Source of the DNA: Candidatus Marivariicella framensis
GTDB taxonomy: Bacteria > Bacteroidota > Bacteroidia > Flavobacteriales > Flavobacteriaceae
DNA: 64,000 nucleotides
Assembly: GCA_905182735.1 (NCBI GenBank)
Contig: CAJJCT010000002.1
Location: 9,267-73,266 of the forward strand
Reading direction: 5' to 3'
The stretch's first letter is position 1; each line of letters opens with the position of its first letter. This document shows positions 9,331 through 17,943 of this stretch, one piece after another. The notes beneath the pieces are model-generated. The model was not told the DNA's origin. It saw nothing but the letters and a program-made list of their open reading frames with translations, and made no database searches. The position numbers were made by a program, and so were the translations under genes.

Positions 9331-10689
9331 ATGAAATCATTTATTTTAATGCTAATTCTATTCTTTACTGTTAACTCCGTATCGAGCCAAAACCAACCCT
9401 ATATATCAACGGAAAAGGCAATAGCAGATATTGAGTATATGATTCATACGATAGAAGAAGTTCATTACAACCCATACTTTTCAATCAAAAATGCACAATT
9501 CAAAAAGAATAAGGAGGCTTTATTAAGTGAGTTTGAGCCAGACTCTATTTTGCTGAAAAAGTTTGTAGCTACTGGAATGAAACTAGCCGCACAATTGAGT
9601 GGAGGTCACACCGCTATGGATTGGAAAAATCCCTCTATCATCCCGGAGATAAAAGCAAGTCAATATATTCCGTTCACTGGGCAATTAACAGACAACAATC
9701 AACAGTTTATAGTAATAAGATCGGCTAGCTCAGAAATACTAAAAGGCGCTGTTATAGAATCTATAAATGGAGTTAGTATGGTTGAAATTTATAAAGAATG
9801 TATGTCGTACATAGGCGGGATAGAATCCTTTAAAAATTCCACTTGCGAAAGGTTATTACCGATCTATTTGTTTTATACTGAAAAAATTTCAACTCCTTTC
9901 TCCATAAAAATAAGTGGAGTGGACGGCACGTTTAATACCCCAGGGATTGATTTTGAGGGGTTGCAGGAATTTCTGAATGGAAAACAACGGAAAGAAAACT
10001 ATACGTTCCAAATCATAAAAAAAGATGTTGGTCTTATTTCCTATAATAGTTGTCAAGATTATTCGGGTTTTAAAAAGTTCTTAAAACAAACATTTAAGGA
10101 AATTGAAGATAAAAACATTACTAAACTGATTATCGATATTAGAGAAAATGGAGGAGGTGATTCCGGATTAAATGACTTATTACTGGCTTACATTACCGAA
10201 ACCTCTTATCGGCAATCAAGTGGCAGGTTTTGGAAAGTGAGTGAAGAAGCCAAAGCAGCTTATCAAGCGAACCCTTTATATGAAAAAAATCTGGGCCAAG
10301 ACTTCATGAAAGAGTACGTGGAATCAGAGAACCAATCAATCATTGAAAATGTACAAGAGGAGCTAATAAAACCTCAAAAACCAAAAAACTATTTTAACCA
10401 AAAAACGTGTTTTTTGATTGGACCCAATACATTCTCAAGTGCTAATTTTTTAGCCGATGCGGTAAAAACATATAACCTAAGTACTTTGATTGGATTAGCA
10501 ACAGGGGAGTACACCAATGACTTTGGCGAACTATTAGAGTTTACACTTCCAAATTCTGGTAATTCCATTTTCGTAAGTTCAGCCTATGACATTGGTGCGA
10601 ATGGAAACCCTAATCTTTTTGAACCTGTTTATCCAGATATTCAGACTACAGAAGATGCGCTGCTATATGCCTTGGATTGGATAAAATAA
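9331..10689 (+). CDS. S41 family peptidase (C-terminal processing peptidase-like), secreted
   Basis: 452-aa ORF with signal peptide (..SVSSQ). LIIDIRENGGGDSGL and FLIGPNTFSSANFLA resemble the S41 catalytic core. Confidence 0.55.
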   Translation: MKSFILMLILFFTVNSVSSQNQPYISTEKAIADIEYMIHTIEEVHYNPYFSIKNAQFKKNKEALLSEFEPDSILLKKFVATGMKLAAQLSGGHTAMDWKNPSIIPEIKASQYIPFTGQLTDNNQQFIVIRSASSEILKGAVIESINGVSMVEIYKECMSYIGGIESFKNSTCERLLPIYLFYTEKISTPFSIKISGVDGTFNTPGIDFEGLQEFLNGKQRKENYTFQIIKKDVGLISYNSCQDYSGFKKFLKQTFKEIEDKNITKLIIDIRENGGGDSGLNDLLLAYITETSYRQSSGRFWKVSEEAKAAYQANPLYEKNLGQDFMKEYVESENQSIIENVQEELIKPQKPKNYFNQKTCFLIGPNTFSSANFLADAVKTYNLSTLIGLATGEYTNDFGELLEFTLPNSGNSIFVSSAYDIGANGNPNLFEPVYPDIQTTEDALLYALDWIK

Positions 10690-10703
10690 AAGATGCTAAC
10701 AAG

Positions 10704-10741
10704 GTGTATAGTGTATACCCTGAGGGATACACACCATACAC
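10704..10741. terminator. nested imperfect palindrome between convergent genes (candidate bidirectional terminator or REP-like element)
   Basis: GTGTAT-a-GTGTAT-a-CCC-tga-GGG-ATACAC-acc-ATACAC. A tandem heptamer on the left arm is mirrored on the right arm, giving about 15 bp of potential stem. It lies between the stops of the S41 gene (10689) and the TonB receptor (10807). Confidence 0.4.
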
Positions 10742-10806
10742 AAAACGTTACCCAACATTATAAAAATGACGAAAAACACAATATTATTAATCCTTTTGAG
10801 TTGGTT

Positions 10807-13215
10807 TTAATTAAAAACAAAATTATAAGTCAATGATATAATAGCGCTGTTTATTATTGATAAATCATAAGCCCCGAAAGGACTGCTTCCAAAAAGTAAT
10901 CCATTGTCTGAAGTTCCATCTCTTGGAGCATAATAGATGTTGAATGGGTTTTTTCTTCCATATAAATTATAGAGTGTGAAGATCCAATCTCCTTTTAAGC
11001 GTGTATTTCTAACTTTACTATATGATATTTTCCACGAAAAATCTAATCGATGATAAGTAGGAAAAACGGCATTATTTCTCTCTAAATATATTGGAACCTT
11101 CAAATCCCCTAATTCAAAAACACCATTTGCAATAGTGTATGGTCTTCCAGACTGTGCCGTGAAGTTGAAACTATACTCATTATAAAGATCACTTTCATAA
11201 GAAAGTGTGGCATTAAAAGTATGAGGTCTATCAAATTCTGAAGGATACCACTTGTTACTATTAATTTTATTTTTTGTTTGTTGTTCATCTGTTTTTAACA
11301 AACTTCTAGCCCATGTATAATTTATAAATCCACTGAGTTTTCCAGATGGTTTTTTTAGAGTTATTTCAAGTCCATAATTACGTCCCTTTCCTTGAATTAA
11401 TTCTCTTTCTATAAACTCTGCAAGAAAAAAATCTGCACCTGGTTTGTATGTGAGCGTATTATTTGTACTTCTATAATAACTTTCTGCAGAAAACTCAAGG
11501 CCTAATGAATTGAAATTTTGAAAAAAACCAAAGCCAAAAGTATCACTTAATTGAGGTTTTATGTAAAAATCTGAAGTTTTCCATCTTGAGGTTGGTAAGG
11601 GTGTTGATGTGTTATATATGTTTTGAATATATTGATTTATTCTTGCATAACTTGCCTTTAGAGAACTGTTTTCTCCAATTTTAATACTAGCTCCTAGTCT
11701 AGGTTCAAGATTTTTGTATGTGATTACAGACTTATTCTTATCAAAAGAAGTAATACTTGTTTGATAACCACTATCATTATATTGAGCTAAATCATAAGGG
11801 CCTAAAAAATTAAAAATTGTATGCCTTAAACCTGCAGAAATAGATAAATTTGGCTGAGGATTCCAATTTAAATTAAAATAAGTTGAAAAATCTATACTAA
11901 CCTCTTCGTTTAAGGTAATTGGTGTAATAGAATTTCCTTTACCAGGAAATAATGAGCCTGGTTCAATGATGTAATTTTTTGTTTGAAGCCCTATAGAGTA
12001 ATCTAGCTTTTCATTTCTAATGTCCACAAACTCAGTCTGGGCACTTATATATTTTACATTAGACTTAAAGGTAATTACATTATCCGAATCATTTTCAGGA
12101 AATAGATTCATAGGTGAGTAAATACTATGAATAATTGATGACTTCAAGCTAGTATTGTTTTTAAAATTATATATCCAACTTAGTGTGTGATTTGAAGTTC
12201 CAAAATCGTATTGATTTGATTTCGCATTAATATTTTCTATGGTGGAAATTAAATCCAACTGATAAAAGTCATTAGATTTGAAATAAGTATAAGATAACTG
12301 ATTGTCTTCATTTAAAAGATAAAGTAGTTTTACTGTTCCGTCTGAAAAATTTGCTTTTGTATTCTCTAATCTTTTAACAAAGATTGGGAAAAGAATATCT
12401 GTAAAGCCAGCTCTAGCTCCTGCTAATAGAAATAATTTGTCCTTTATTAATGGGGTGGTTAAATTTATTCTGCTTGACAATAAGCCTATGCCACCACTAA
12501 TTTTTAGTTTATTCACATAAGGGTTTTTAACTTTAATATCCATTACAGAAGAAATTCTTCCTCCATATTTTGAAGGAATATTTGCTTGATACATACTTAC
12601 ATTTGAGATTACATCTGGAGTAAATACAGAGAGTAAACCAAAAAGATGAGTTGGGTTAAAAACAGGTGCAGAATCATATAACATAAGGTTTTGATCTAGA
12701 GAACCGCCTCTTACAGAAATTCCATTACTTACATCTCCTGCATTATTTACACCTGCCATCAATGTAATACTTTTAAGCACATCAAATTCTCCAAATGCTG
12801 ATGGGATTTTCACCAGTTCTTTAGCTGTGATATTAAAAACTCCCATTTGCGGTGTTTCAACATTTTCATTCATTTTTTTTGCTAGGACTACAACTTCAGA
12901 TAATTGTTCTTCAAAAACATTCATTTTAACTGAAATTAATGTGTCTTTATTTAAATCAATTATTAGTTGCTTATTCTTGTATCCTGTATACTCTAGTGAA
13001 AGTGTATACTCTTTTTCTGGAAGAGAAGTTGAGAAAACTCCTTCTGAACTTGTAATACCGCTCCCGCTCGAAGAATTGATTAAAACTGTTAAACTACTTA
13101 GAGGCTTTCCCGTTTCAAAATCTGTTACGTAAAGTGTAAGGTCATATTCTTGAGCCTTTAAAGGCAAGGTTAATATTAGTATACACACAAAGAAATAATT
13201 AAAAATTTCTTTCAT
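10807..13215 (-). CDS. TonB-dependent receptor with N-terminal carboxypeptidase-regulatory-like domain
   Basis: 802-aa ORF with signal peptide (..PLKAQ), an N-terminal CarboxypepD_reg-like beta-sandwich, a plug region (GISVRGGSLDQNLMLYD) and a C-terminal aromatic residue (..NFVFN). Confidence 0.8.
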   Translation of the reverse strand: MKEIFNYFFVCILILTLPLKAQEYDLTLYVTDFETGKPLSSLTVLINSSSGSGITSSEGVFSTSLPEKEYTLSLEYTGYKNKQLIIDLNKDTLISVKMNVFEEQLSEVVVLAKKMNENVETPQMGVFNITAKELVKIPSAFGEFDVLKSITLMAGVNNAGDVSNGISVRGGSLDQNLMLYDSAPVFNPTHLFGLLSVFTPDVISNVSMYQANIPSKYGGRISSVMDIKVKNPYVNKLKISGGIGLLSSRINLTTPLIKDKLFLLAGARAGFTDILFPIFVKRLENTKANFSDGTVKLLYLLNEDNQLSYTYFKSNDFYQLDLISTIENINAKSNQYDFGTSNHTLSWIYNFKNNTSLKSSIIHSIYSPMNLFPENDSDNVITFKSNVKYISAQTEFVDIRNEKLDYSIGLQTKNYIIEPGSLFPGKGNSITPITLNEEVSIDFSTYFNLNWNPQPNLSISAGLRHTIFNFLGPYDLAQYNDSGYQTSITSFDKNKSVITYKNLEPRLGASIKIGENSSLKASYARINQYIQNIYNTSTPLPTSRWKTSDFYIKPQLSDTFGFGFFQNFNSLGLEFSAESYYRSTNNTLTYKPGADFFLAEFIERELIQGKGRNYGLEITLKKPSGKLSGFINYTWARSLLKTDEQQTKNKINSNKWYPSEFDRPHTFNATLSYESDLYNEYSFNFTAQSGRPYTIANGVFELGDLKVPIYLERNNAVFPTYHRLDFSWKISYSKVRNTRLKGDWIFTLYNLYGRKNPFNIYYAPRDGTSDNGLLFGSSPFGAYDLSIINSAIISLTYNFVFN

Positions 13216-13221
13216 TAATTA

Positions 13222-14382
13222 TTAATTAATAAACCCTCTATCCATATTTGAATTCCAGCCTTCTGGTTTTATTGATGTTCTGTATAGACCTTCTTCACAG
13301 GGTGCATAAATTGGATAACAAGTCGCACATAAAGGCTGAGGAAGATTATTTCCAAAAGTTTCATAACGATTTTGTTCGTATTCTGAAACTGCATTACCTG
13401 CTAAATTATTTCTACGGATGTATATTGATTTACTTGATCCCGACGCCACTGTAAATCTTCCCATAATAATTTCATCTTCATCATTTGGATTATATAAATT
13501 ACCAATCAATACCGAAGGAAGTGGAGCGTTTAATCCGCTATTGTTTCCAATAGCATCTTTTAAAGATTTTAAATATCTATGAGCTTCATAAGACACGTTA
13601 AACTTTTGAACTTTTACTAAAATATTCCTTTTTGAATATAATGGTATCTCAACAGCCACTAAATTATTTACAGGTTTTCCATTTGTAAATTCATCACTAA
13701 AAATTGAAATACTTTCATTGTTAAATCTAATATTCCAACAATCTGAAAAACATGCATAAGTAAAATATTGAGGACCATAAGTACTGATGTAACCACTTGT
13801 ACTTATACATTCTCCATCTCTTAAAACACCTTTATAACAATAATCACAATATGGAGCATCTTCATAAGTTTTATAATCATAGTAATAAAAATTTTCTTTT
13901 TCAATAGGATCATCAAATGAAATCAAAATCTTATGACCTGGGATATACCTATTGGTCCTATTATCATATGATAGTTGTAAATCATACTCAGATTTAATGT
14001 CTTTAATTAAAACTTCATCAGGCATAGTTTCTGGGTAAGATCTATACTCAGTCCCATCAGGAAAAATAATTTTTAATTCCCATGATTCTCCTTGTAAAAC
14101 TTTAAAACCTAAAGGTGCATAATACCTGTCAAGACCCTCTATTAGCTTCACAACCCTATTATCACTAATTAACTCAACTAAGCAGTTAGAGAAAAAGCCT
14201 GTTTTGTAATAACCAGATTCATTTGAACCTATTCTGACTTTAACATATGACGCTCCTTCAATTGAAGACGCCATACCTTCAATAAATAATAAATCTTCTA
14301 AAAAATCAAATTCAGGAGCTATCGGTTCAATACAAGTAGTAAAAAGAAAAGAAAAGATTACAATTAATATACGCTTAATCAA
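13222..14382 (-). CDS. DUF4249-like lipoprotein (partner of the TonB-dependent receptor)
   Basis: Lipobox IVIFSFLFTTC. LFIEGMAS...V.L.SDN.V..L.E...YYAP.GFKVLQGESWELKIIFPDGTEYRS resembles DUF4249. The start is placed at the in-frame TTG at 14382 (LIKRILIV...). The 62 upstream codons in the ORF track precede the signal peptide and are probably not translated. Confidence 0.5.
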   Translation of the reverse strand: MIKRILIVIFSFLFTTCIEPIAPEFDFLEDLLFIEGMASSIEGASYVKVRIGSNESGYYKTGFFSNCLVELISDNRVVKLIEGLDRYYAPLGFKVLQGESWELKIIFPDGTEYRSYPETMPDEVLIKDIKSEYDLQLSYDNRTNRYIPGHKILISFDDPIEKENFYYYDYKTYEDAPYCDYCYKGVLRDGECISTSGYISTYGPQYFTYACFSDCWNIRFNNESISIFSDEFTNGKPVNNLVAVEIPLYSKRNILVKVQKFNVSYEAHRYLKSLKDAIGNNSGLNAPLPSVLIGNLYNPNDEDEIIMGRFTVASGSSKSIYIRRNNLAGNAVSEYEQNRYETFGNNLPQPLCATCYPIYAPCEEGLYRTSIKPEGWNSNMDRGFIN

Positions 14383-14486
14383 ATTAGATGTTTTTAAATA
14401 TAATCTATTAAATGTATGAGTTTTAAAGACATTAACAAGCAAATGTCTGGTCTTATGCAGGAGACTATATTTCACGGGTTTGGATC

Positions 14487-14539
14487 CTGGTGGAACCACC
14501 AGTAAAATCATGCTCTCACTTAAAGTGAGGGCTTTTTTT
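14487..14539 (+). promoter_or_regulatory. two stem-loops ending in an intrinsic-terminator-like hairpin plus T7, 40 nt upstream of the Rieske gene start
   Basis: CTGGTG-gaac-CACCAG (14487-14502) is followed by GCTCTCACT-taa-AGTGAGGGC (14512-14532) and then TTTTTTT (14533-14539). No + strand gene lies upstream. Confidence 0.35.
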
Positions 14540-14579
14540 ATTATAGTTAAATTTATTATTTTTGACACAAACTAAGATT

Positions 14580-15038
14580 ATGAAAAAAATTAAAAGAAGA
14601 GAGTTTTTAAACAATACCTGTCCAAGGGTTGCCATGGCAATTTTAGGTGTGAGTTTTTTGAATGCATGTTCAAAAGAATCGGAAGAAGTTATTATGCCTG
14701 AGGGAGATAGTGGATATGCTGTTAATGGAAAAATAATTGAAATTGATCTTTCTCATCCTACTTTTGATTTATTAGCAAATCAAGGATGGATGAACTTTAC
14801 TGCTCAAAAAATACTTTTACTAAAAACAGAATCTTCTTATTTGGCATTTAATAATCTTTGTCCTCATCAAGGAGCAAGGGATGCCTGGTCCTATAGCCCA
14901 TCTGAAAGTATTTTCGTTTGTGGTCGCCACAACAACTCCTATCCAACCGATTGTGTTAGCGAAGGAACTAATAGTGGACCATTACAATGTTATTCTGTCA
15001 ACAAAATTGGCAATACTCTAACCGTTACAAAGTCATAA
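14580..15038 (+). CDS. Rieske [2Fe-2S] domain protein, Tat-signal lipoprotein
   Basis: RREFLNN twin-arginine motif, lipobox FLNAC, and Rieske ligand boxes CPHQG and CGRHNNSY. The ATG at 14580 is preferred over the TTG at 14562. Confidence 0.75.
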   Translation: MKKIKRREFLNNTCPRVAMAILGVSFLNACSKESEEVIMPEGDSGYAVNGKIIEIDLSHPTFDLLANQGWMNFTAQKILLLKTESSYLAFNNLCPHQGARDAWSYSPSESIFVCGRHNNSYPTDCVSEGTNSGPLQCYSVNKIGNTLTVTKS

Positions 15039-15044
15039 ATTAAA

Positions 15045-15674
15045 TTGAAAAAAGTAAAATTTTACATAAAACCTGATTTTTTTATTATTCTTATTGCTCT
15101 TTTGTTTTCCTTTCAAATAAAAGCTCAATCTGAAGATGACTTATTCAGTATGATTGTAAAAAAAGATAAAAGTGAGCTGCCTTTACTTCCTGAAAGAATG
15201 ATTTTCACCCAAAGATTTTTATGGGGAAATAAAGGTGTTTTCAGAAAAACTCGAATAGTTCCTTTAACATTAGAAATGAGAGCAAAAGAACTTAAGGTTA
15301 GAAGAGTAATGTTGAAAACACATCAAGTTATTGGGTATACAACACTTTTAGCAATGATAGCTCAAGGAGTTATTGGAGGAAAATTATATAATGGCGATTA
15401 TAGCCTATACGATACACACAAAACTATGGGAAAAATTGTAAACATTGGATATTTTACTGGCGCTGGACTTTCTTTATTTTCACCCCCTCCGCTTATTAGC
15501 AAAAAAGTAAGAGGATTAAATTCCATCAAAGCTCATAAAATTTTAGCAACAATACATTTTTCAGCAATGCTTTCAACGAATTACTTTTCCGATAGAGATA
15601 GGGGTGCCCATAAGGCATCTGCCTATACATTATTTGGAAGCTTTGCAACAGCAGTTTTAGTTTTTAAATTTTAA
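15045..15674 (+). CDS. hypothetical membrane protein with four predicted TM helices, each preceded by a histidine
   Basis: 209-aa ORF (TTG start) with signal peptide (..IKAQ). Four hydrophobic helices are introduced by THQ, THK, AHK and AHK. No family was recognised. Confidence 0.4.
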   Translation: MKKVKFYIKPDFFIILIALLFSFQIKAQSEDDLFSMIVKKDKSELPLLPERMIFTQRFLWGNKGVFRKTRIVPLTLEMRAKELKVRRVMLKTHQVIGYTTLLAMIAQGVIGGKLYNGDYSLYDTHKTMGKIVNIGYFTGAGLSLFSPPPLISKKVRGLNSIKAHKILATIHFSAMLSTNYFSDRDRGAHKASAYTLFGSFATAVLVFKF

Positions 15675-15677
15675 TGC

Positions 15678-16220
15678 ATGAATAGATTTATTACAGTTTT
15701 TTTATTGACTTCATTATATGTTAATTGTCAACAAGCACCTCAAGAAAAGTGGATACTTAGTAAAGATCAATCTTACATTTCTTATGAAGGAAAACACATT
15801 TTACACGAGTGGTCTGGAACCAGTAAAAATGTTAAAGGCGTTTTGATTATGGAAAAAAATCAACCTATAAAAACAGCAATAATTTCTGCAATTAAAGATT
15901 TTGATAGTGGAAACTCATCAAGGGATTCCCACGCAATGGAAATTTTAGAAACTTTATTATTTCCCGATGTAAGTTTTTTTGGAGAATCGTTTACTTTAAA
16001 TAATGACAAATTTATGATACTTGGAAAAATAAAATTCCACAGTATAGATAAAGAAATTAACGTGTCAGGAGATTGGAATCAAACAAATGAAAAGATAATG
16101 CTAAAAGGAAACTTTAAAATAAAACCTTCAGACTTTGAAATAAAACTTCCGGACTTTATGCTTGTTAAAATGGAAAACAATCTAGATATAGAGTATGAAC
16201 TTATTTTTATTCAAGAATAA
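15678..16220 (+). CDS. YceI family (polyisoprenoid-binding) protein
   Basis: 180-aa ORF with signal peptide. Size and motifs (ISYEGKH..H...G, DFDSGNSSRDSHA) fit the YceI-like lipocalin fold family. Confidence 0.65.
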   Translation: MNRFITVFLLTSLYVNCQQAPQEKWILSKDQSYISYEGKHILHEWSGTSKNVKGVLIMEKNQPIKTAIISAIKDFDSGNSSRDSHAMEILETLLFPDVSFFGESFTLNNDKFMILGKIKFHSIDKEINVSGDWNQTNEKIMLKGNFKIKPSDFEIKLPDFMLVKMENNLDIEYELIFIQE

Positions 16221-16265
16221 ATTTATGTAAAAAAAAACCCTCACAATTGCGAGGGTTTTTTTATG
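16116..16265 (+). repeat. direct repeat copy A: last ~38 codons of yceI plus its terminator
   Basis: Hand alignment to 17943-18092. The core 16156-16263 versus 17983-18090 is about 87% identical. Confidence 0.85.
16231..16262. terminator. bidirectional intrinsic terminator between yceI and proteorhodopsin
   Basis: A-run, then CCCTCAC-aatt-GCGAGGG, then a T-run. It lies between convergent stops at 16220 and 16280. Confidence 0.7.
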
Positions 16266-16279
16266 ATTTATAAAATTTA

Positions 16280-16996
16280 TTATTTAGAATCTACAGCTAA
16301 TTGATAAACAACTAAACCAAATCCAATTTTATTGATAGCATCACCAACGTTATAAATAACGTCCATGTCTAGTCCACCAAAAATTCCACTGTACCATCCT
16401 TCAGTACCAGCCATATAGCCAATTGGGTAAATTGCCCAACCAACTAACACAAACCAGCATAAAGTTTTGTGTGCAGCTTGTACAGCACCTCCTGCAGAAG
16501 CAGCAAGTTTAGCAGCACCACCCAACCAGATTTCATATACAATAGCAAAGTATGCGATTCCTGAAATAAGACCCCACAACCAAGCTTGGCCATCATCATT
16601 GTGCAATCCTTCACCAATGTAACCAGTTATGAGCATAATTGTAGAAAGAAGTATCAATTTCCACATTAAAGATTTTTGAGCTCCAGCAGCTTTAAGTATT
16701 AAATAAAATTCAACACACATTAAAGGTACCGTAAGTATCCAGTCTACATATCTAAAAAAAGTTGGAGAAGAACCCGTATCCATGTAATACTCTCTCATGT
16801 ACCAGTAGTGAACTGCAGCGATGAAAGTAATTAACCCAGAAACTAGAATAGAAGTTCTCCATTTTTCACCAAAAGAGTTCATTGACAGGAAGAAAAATAC
16901 AGATGCAGCCATCATAGCCATGCAACCAATAAAGAAAGTAAAAGTTATTAAATTCTCTATTGGAGCACCCTCAATCATTAAATTTAAAATGTTCAT
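16280..16996 (-). CDS. proteorhodopsin, DTE-motif light-driven proton pump, Met at the spectral tuning position
   Basis: 238 aa and seven hydrophobic helices. AAVHYWYMR (His75 equivalent), RYVDWILTVPLMCVEFYLIL (D85/T89/E96 locally = D97/T101/E108 in GPR numbering; M93 = position 105), and Schiff-base lysine in GDAINKIGFG (K223). Confidence 0.9.
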   Translation of the reverse strand: MNILNLMIEGAPIENLITFTFFIGCMAMMAASVFFFLSMNSFGEKWRTSILVSGLITFIAAVHYWYMREYYMDTGSSPTFFRYVDWILTVPLMCVEFYLILKAAGAQKSLMWKLILLSTIMLITGYIGEGLHNDDGQAWLWGLISGIAYFAIVYEIWLGGAAKLAASAGGAVQAAHKTLCWFVLVGWAIYPIGYMAGTEGWYSGIFGGLDMDVIYNVGDAINKIGFGLVVYQLAVDSK

Positions 16997-17070
16997 ATAA
17001 TTATTTTTTAATAGTTTTGAACCCTAAAATTAATTGAATATTTAACAAATCCTACTATAAATTGCTATTT

Positions 17071-17943
17071 ATGCTTTCTAAAATTAAAATTATATCATCA
17101 ATATTTATCATATGGATATCACTTTATTCCTTTTCAAATATTGATATAATTGTTGCAAGTATATTTATACTATCAATAGGATTAGGCCACGGCGCTTGCG
17201 ATATTACCTTAATAACAACCAAATTAAATACTTCATCCTTTAAAATCAAGGCAGTTATTATCTTTTTATATATTCTTACTGCTTTTACTGCTTTTTTGGT
17301 AGTGTATAACCTACCGTTAATAGGGTTTATAACCTTTTTACTGATCAGTAGTTACCATTTCGGAGAACAACATTTTCACAATAAATTGTCAAATTCTAAA
17401 ATGAAGTTTTGGCATTTTTCATTATATGGGATGGTAATATTCTTGCTTATGATAGAAACCAATAAAGAATCAGTAATCGACATACTGAATCCTTTGATAG
17501 AGAGTGAAATAAACCAATTTCCAATTCAGACTATTTTATTTGTTTTTATGGGATTGACAGCTTTATTATGGATTGTAGATTATAAGAATTTAAGGTTTTC
17601 TATTCCAAAAGAATTATTTTATTTACTTGTAATATATGTCTTGTTTTACAATACCAACTTAATCGTTTCTTTTGCCTCCTACTTTGTAATATGGCATTCT
17701 ATTCCGTCAATACATGATCAGATTCATTATCTATATAAAGATGTTTCTAAAAAAACTATTTTATTGTATTTGAAAAAAAGTGGATATTATTGGGCGGTCT
17801 CAATTGCAGGTTTAATTTTTTTGGTTTCGTATGGAGAAATAATGGGAGAGAATTTTTATAGAATACTTTATTCTTTTGTAGTTTCAGTAACAATTCCTCA
17901 TATTTTTCTGATCAATAATATTCTATCAGAATCTAACCAATAA
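17071..17943 (+). CDS. blh: Brp/Blh family beta-carotene 15,15'-dioxygenase (retinal synthesis)
   Basis: About 290-aa polytopic membrane protein divergent from the opsin gene. Conserved His clusters GHGACD, HFGEQH, WHSIPS and IPHIF are typical of Blh. The ATG at 17071 is preferred over the TTG at 17062. Confidence 0.8.
   Translation: MLSKIKIISSIFIIWISLYSFSNIDIIVASIFILSIGLGHGACDITLITTKLNTSSFKIKAVIIFLYILTAFTAFLVVYNLPLIGFITFLLISSYHFGEQHFHNKLSNSKMKFWHFSLYGMVIFLLMIETNKESVIDILNPLIESEINQFPIQTILFVFMGLTALLWIVDYKNLRFSIPKELFYLLVIYVLFYNTNLIVSFASYFVIWHSIPSIHDQIHYLYKDVSKKTILLYLKKSGYYWAVSIAGLIFLVSYGEIMGENFYRILYSFVVSVTIPHIFLINNILSESNQ

Noticed and set aside
14383-14568. 62-codon N-terminal extension of the DUF4249-like ORF (ATG at 14568).
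   Set aside because: The extension precedes a complete lipoprotein signal peptide (KRILIVIFSFLFTTC), which should be N-terminal. An in-frame TTG at 14382 gives a normal precursor. The extension also overlaps structured + strand hairpins and the Rieske gene start region.
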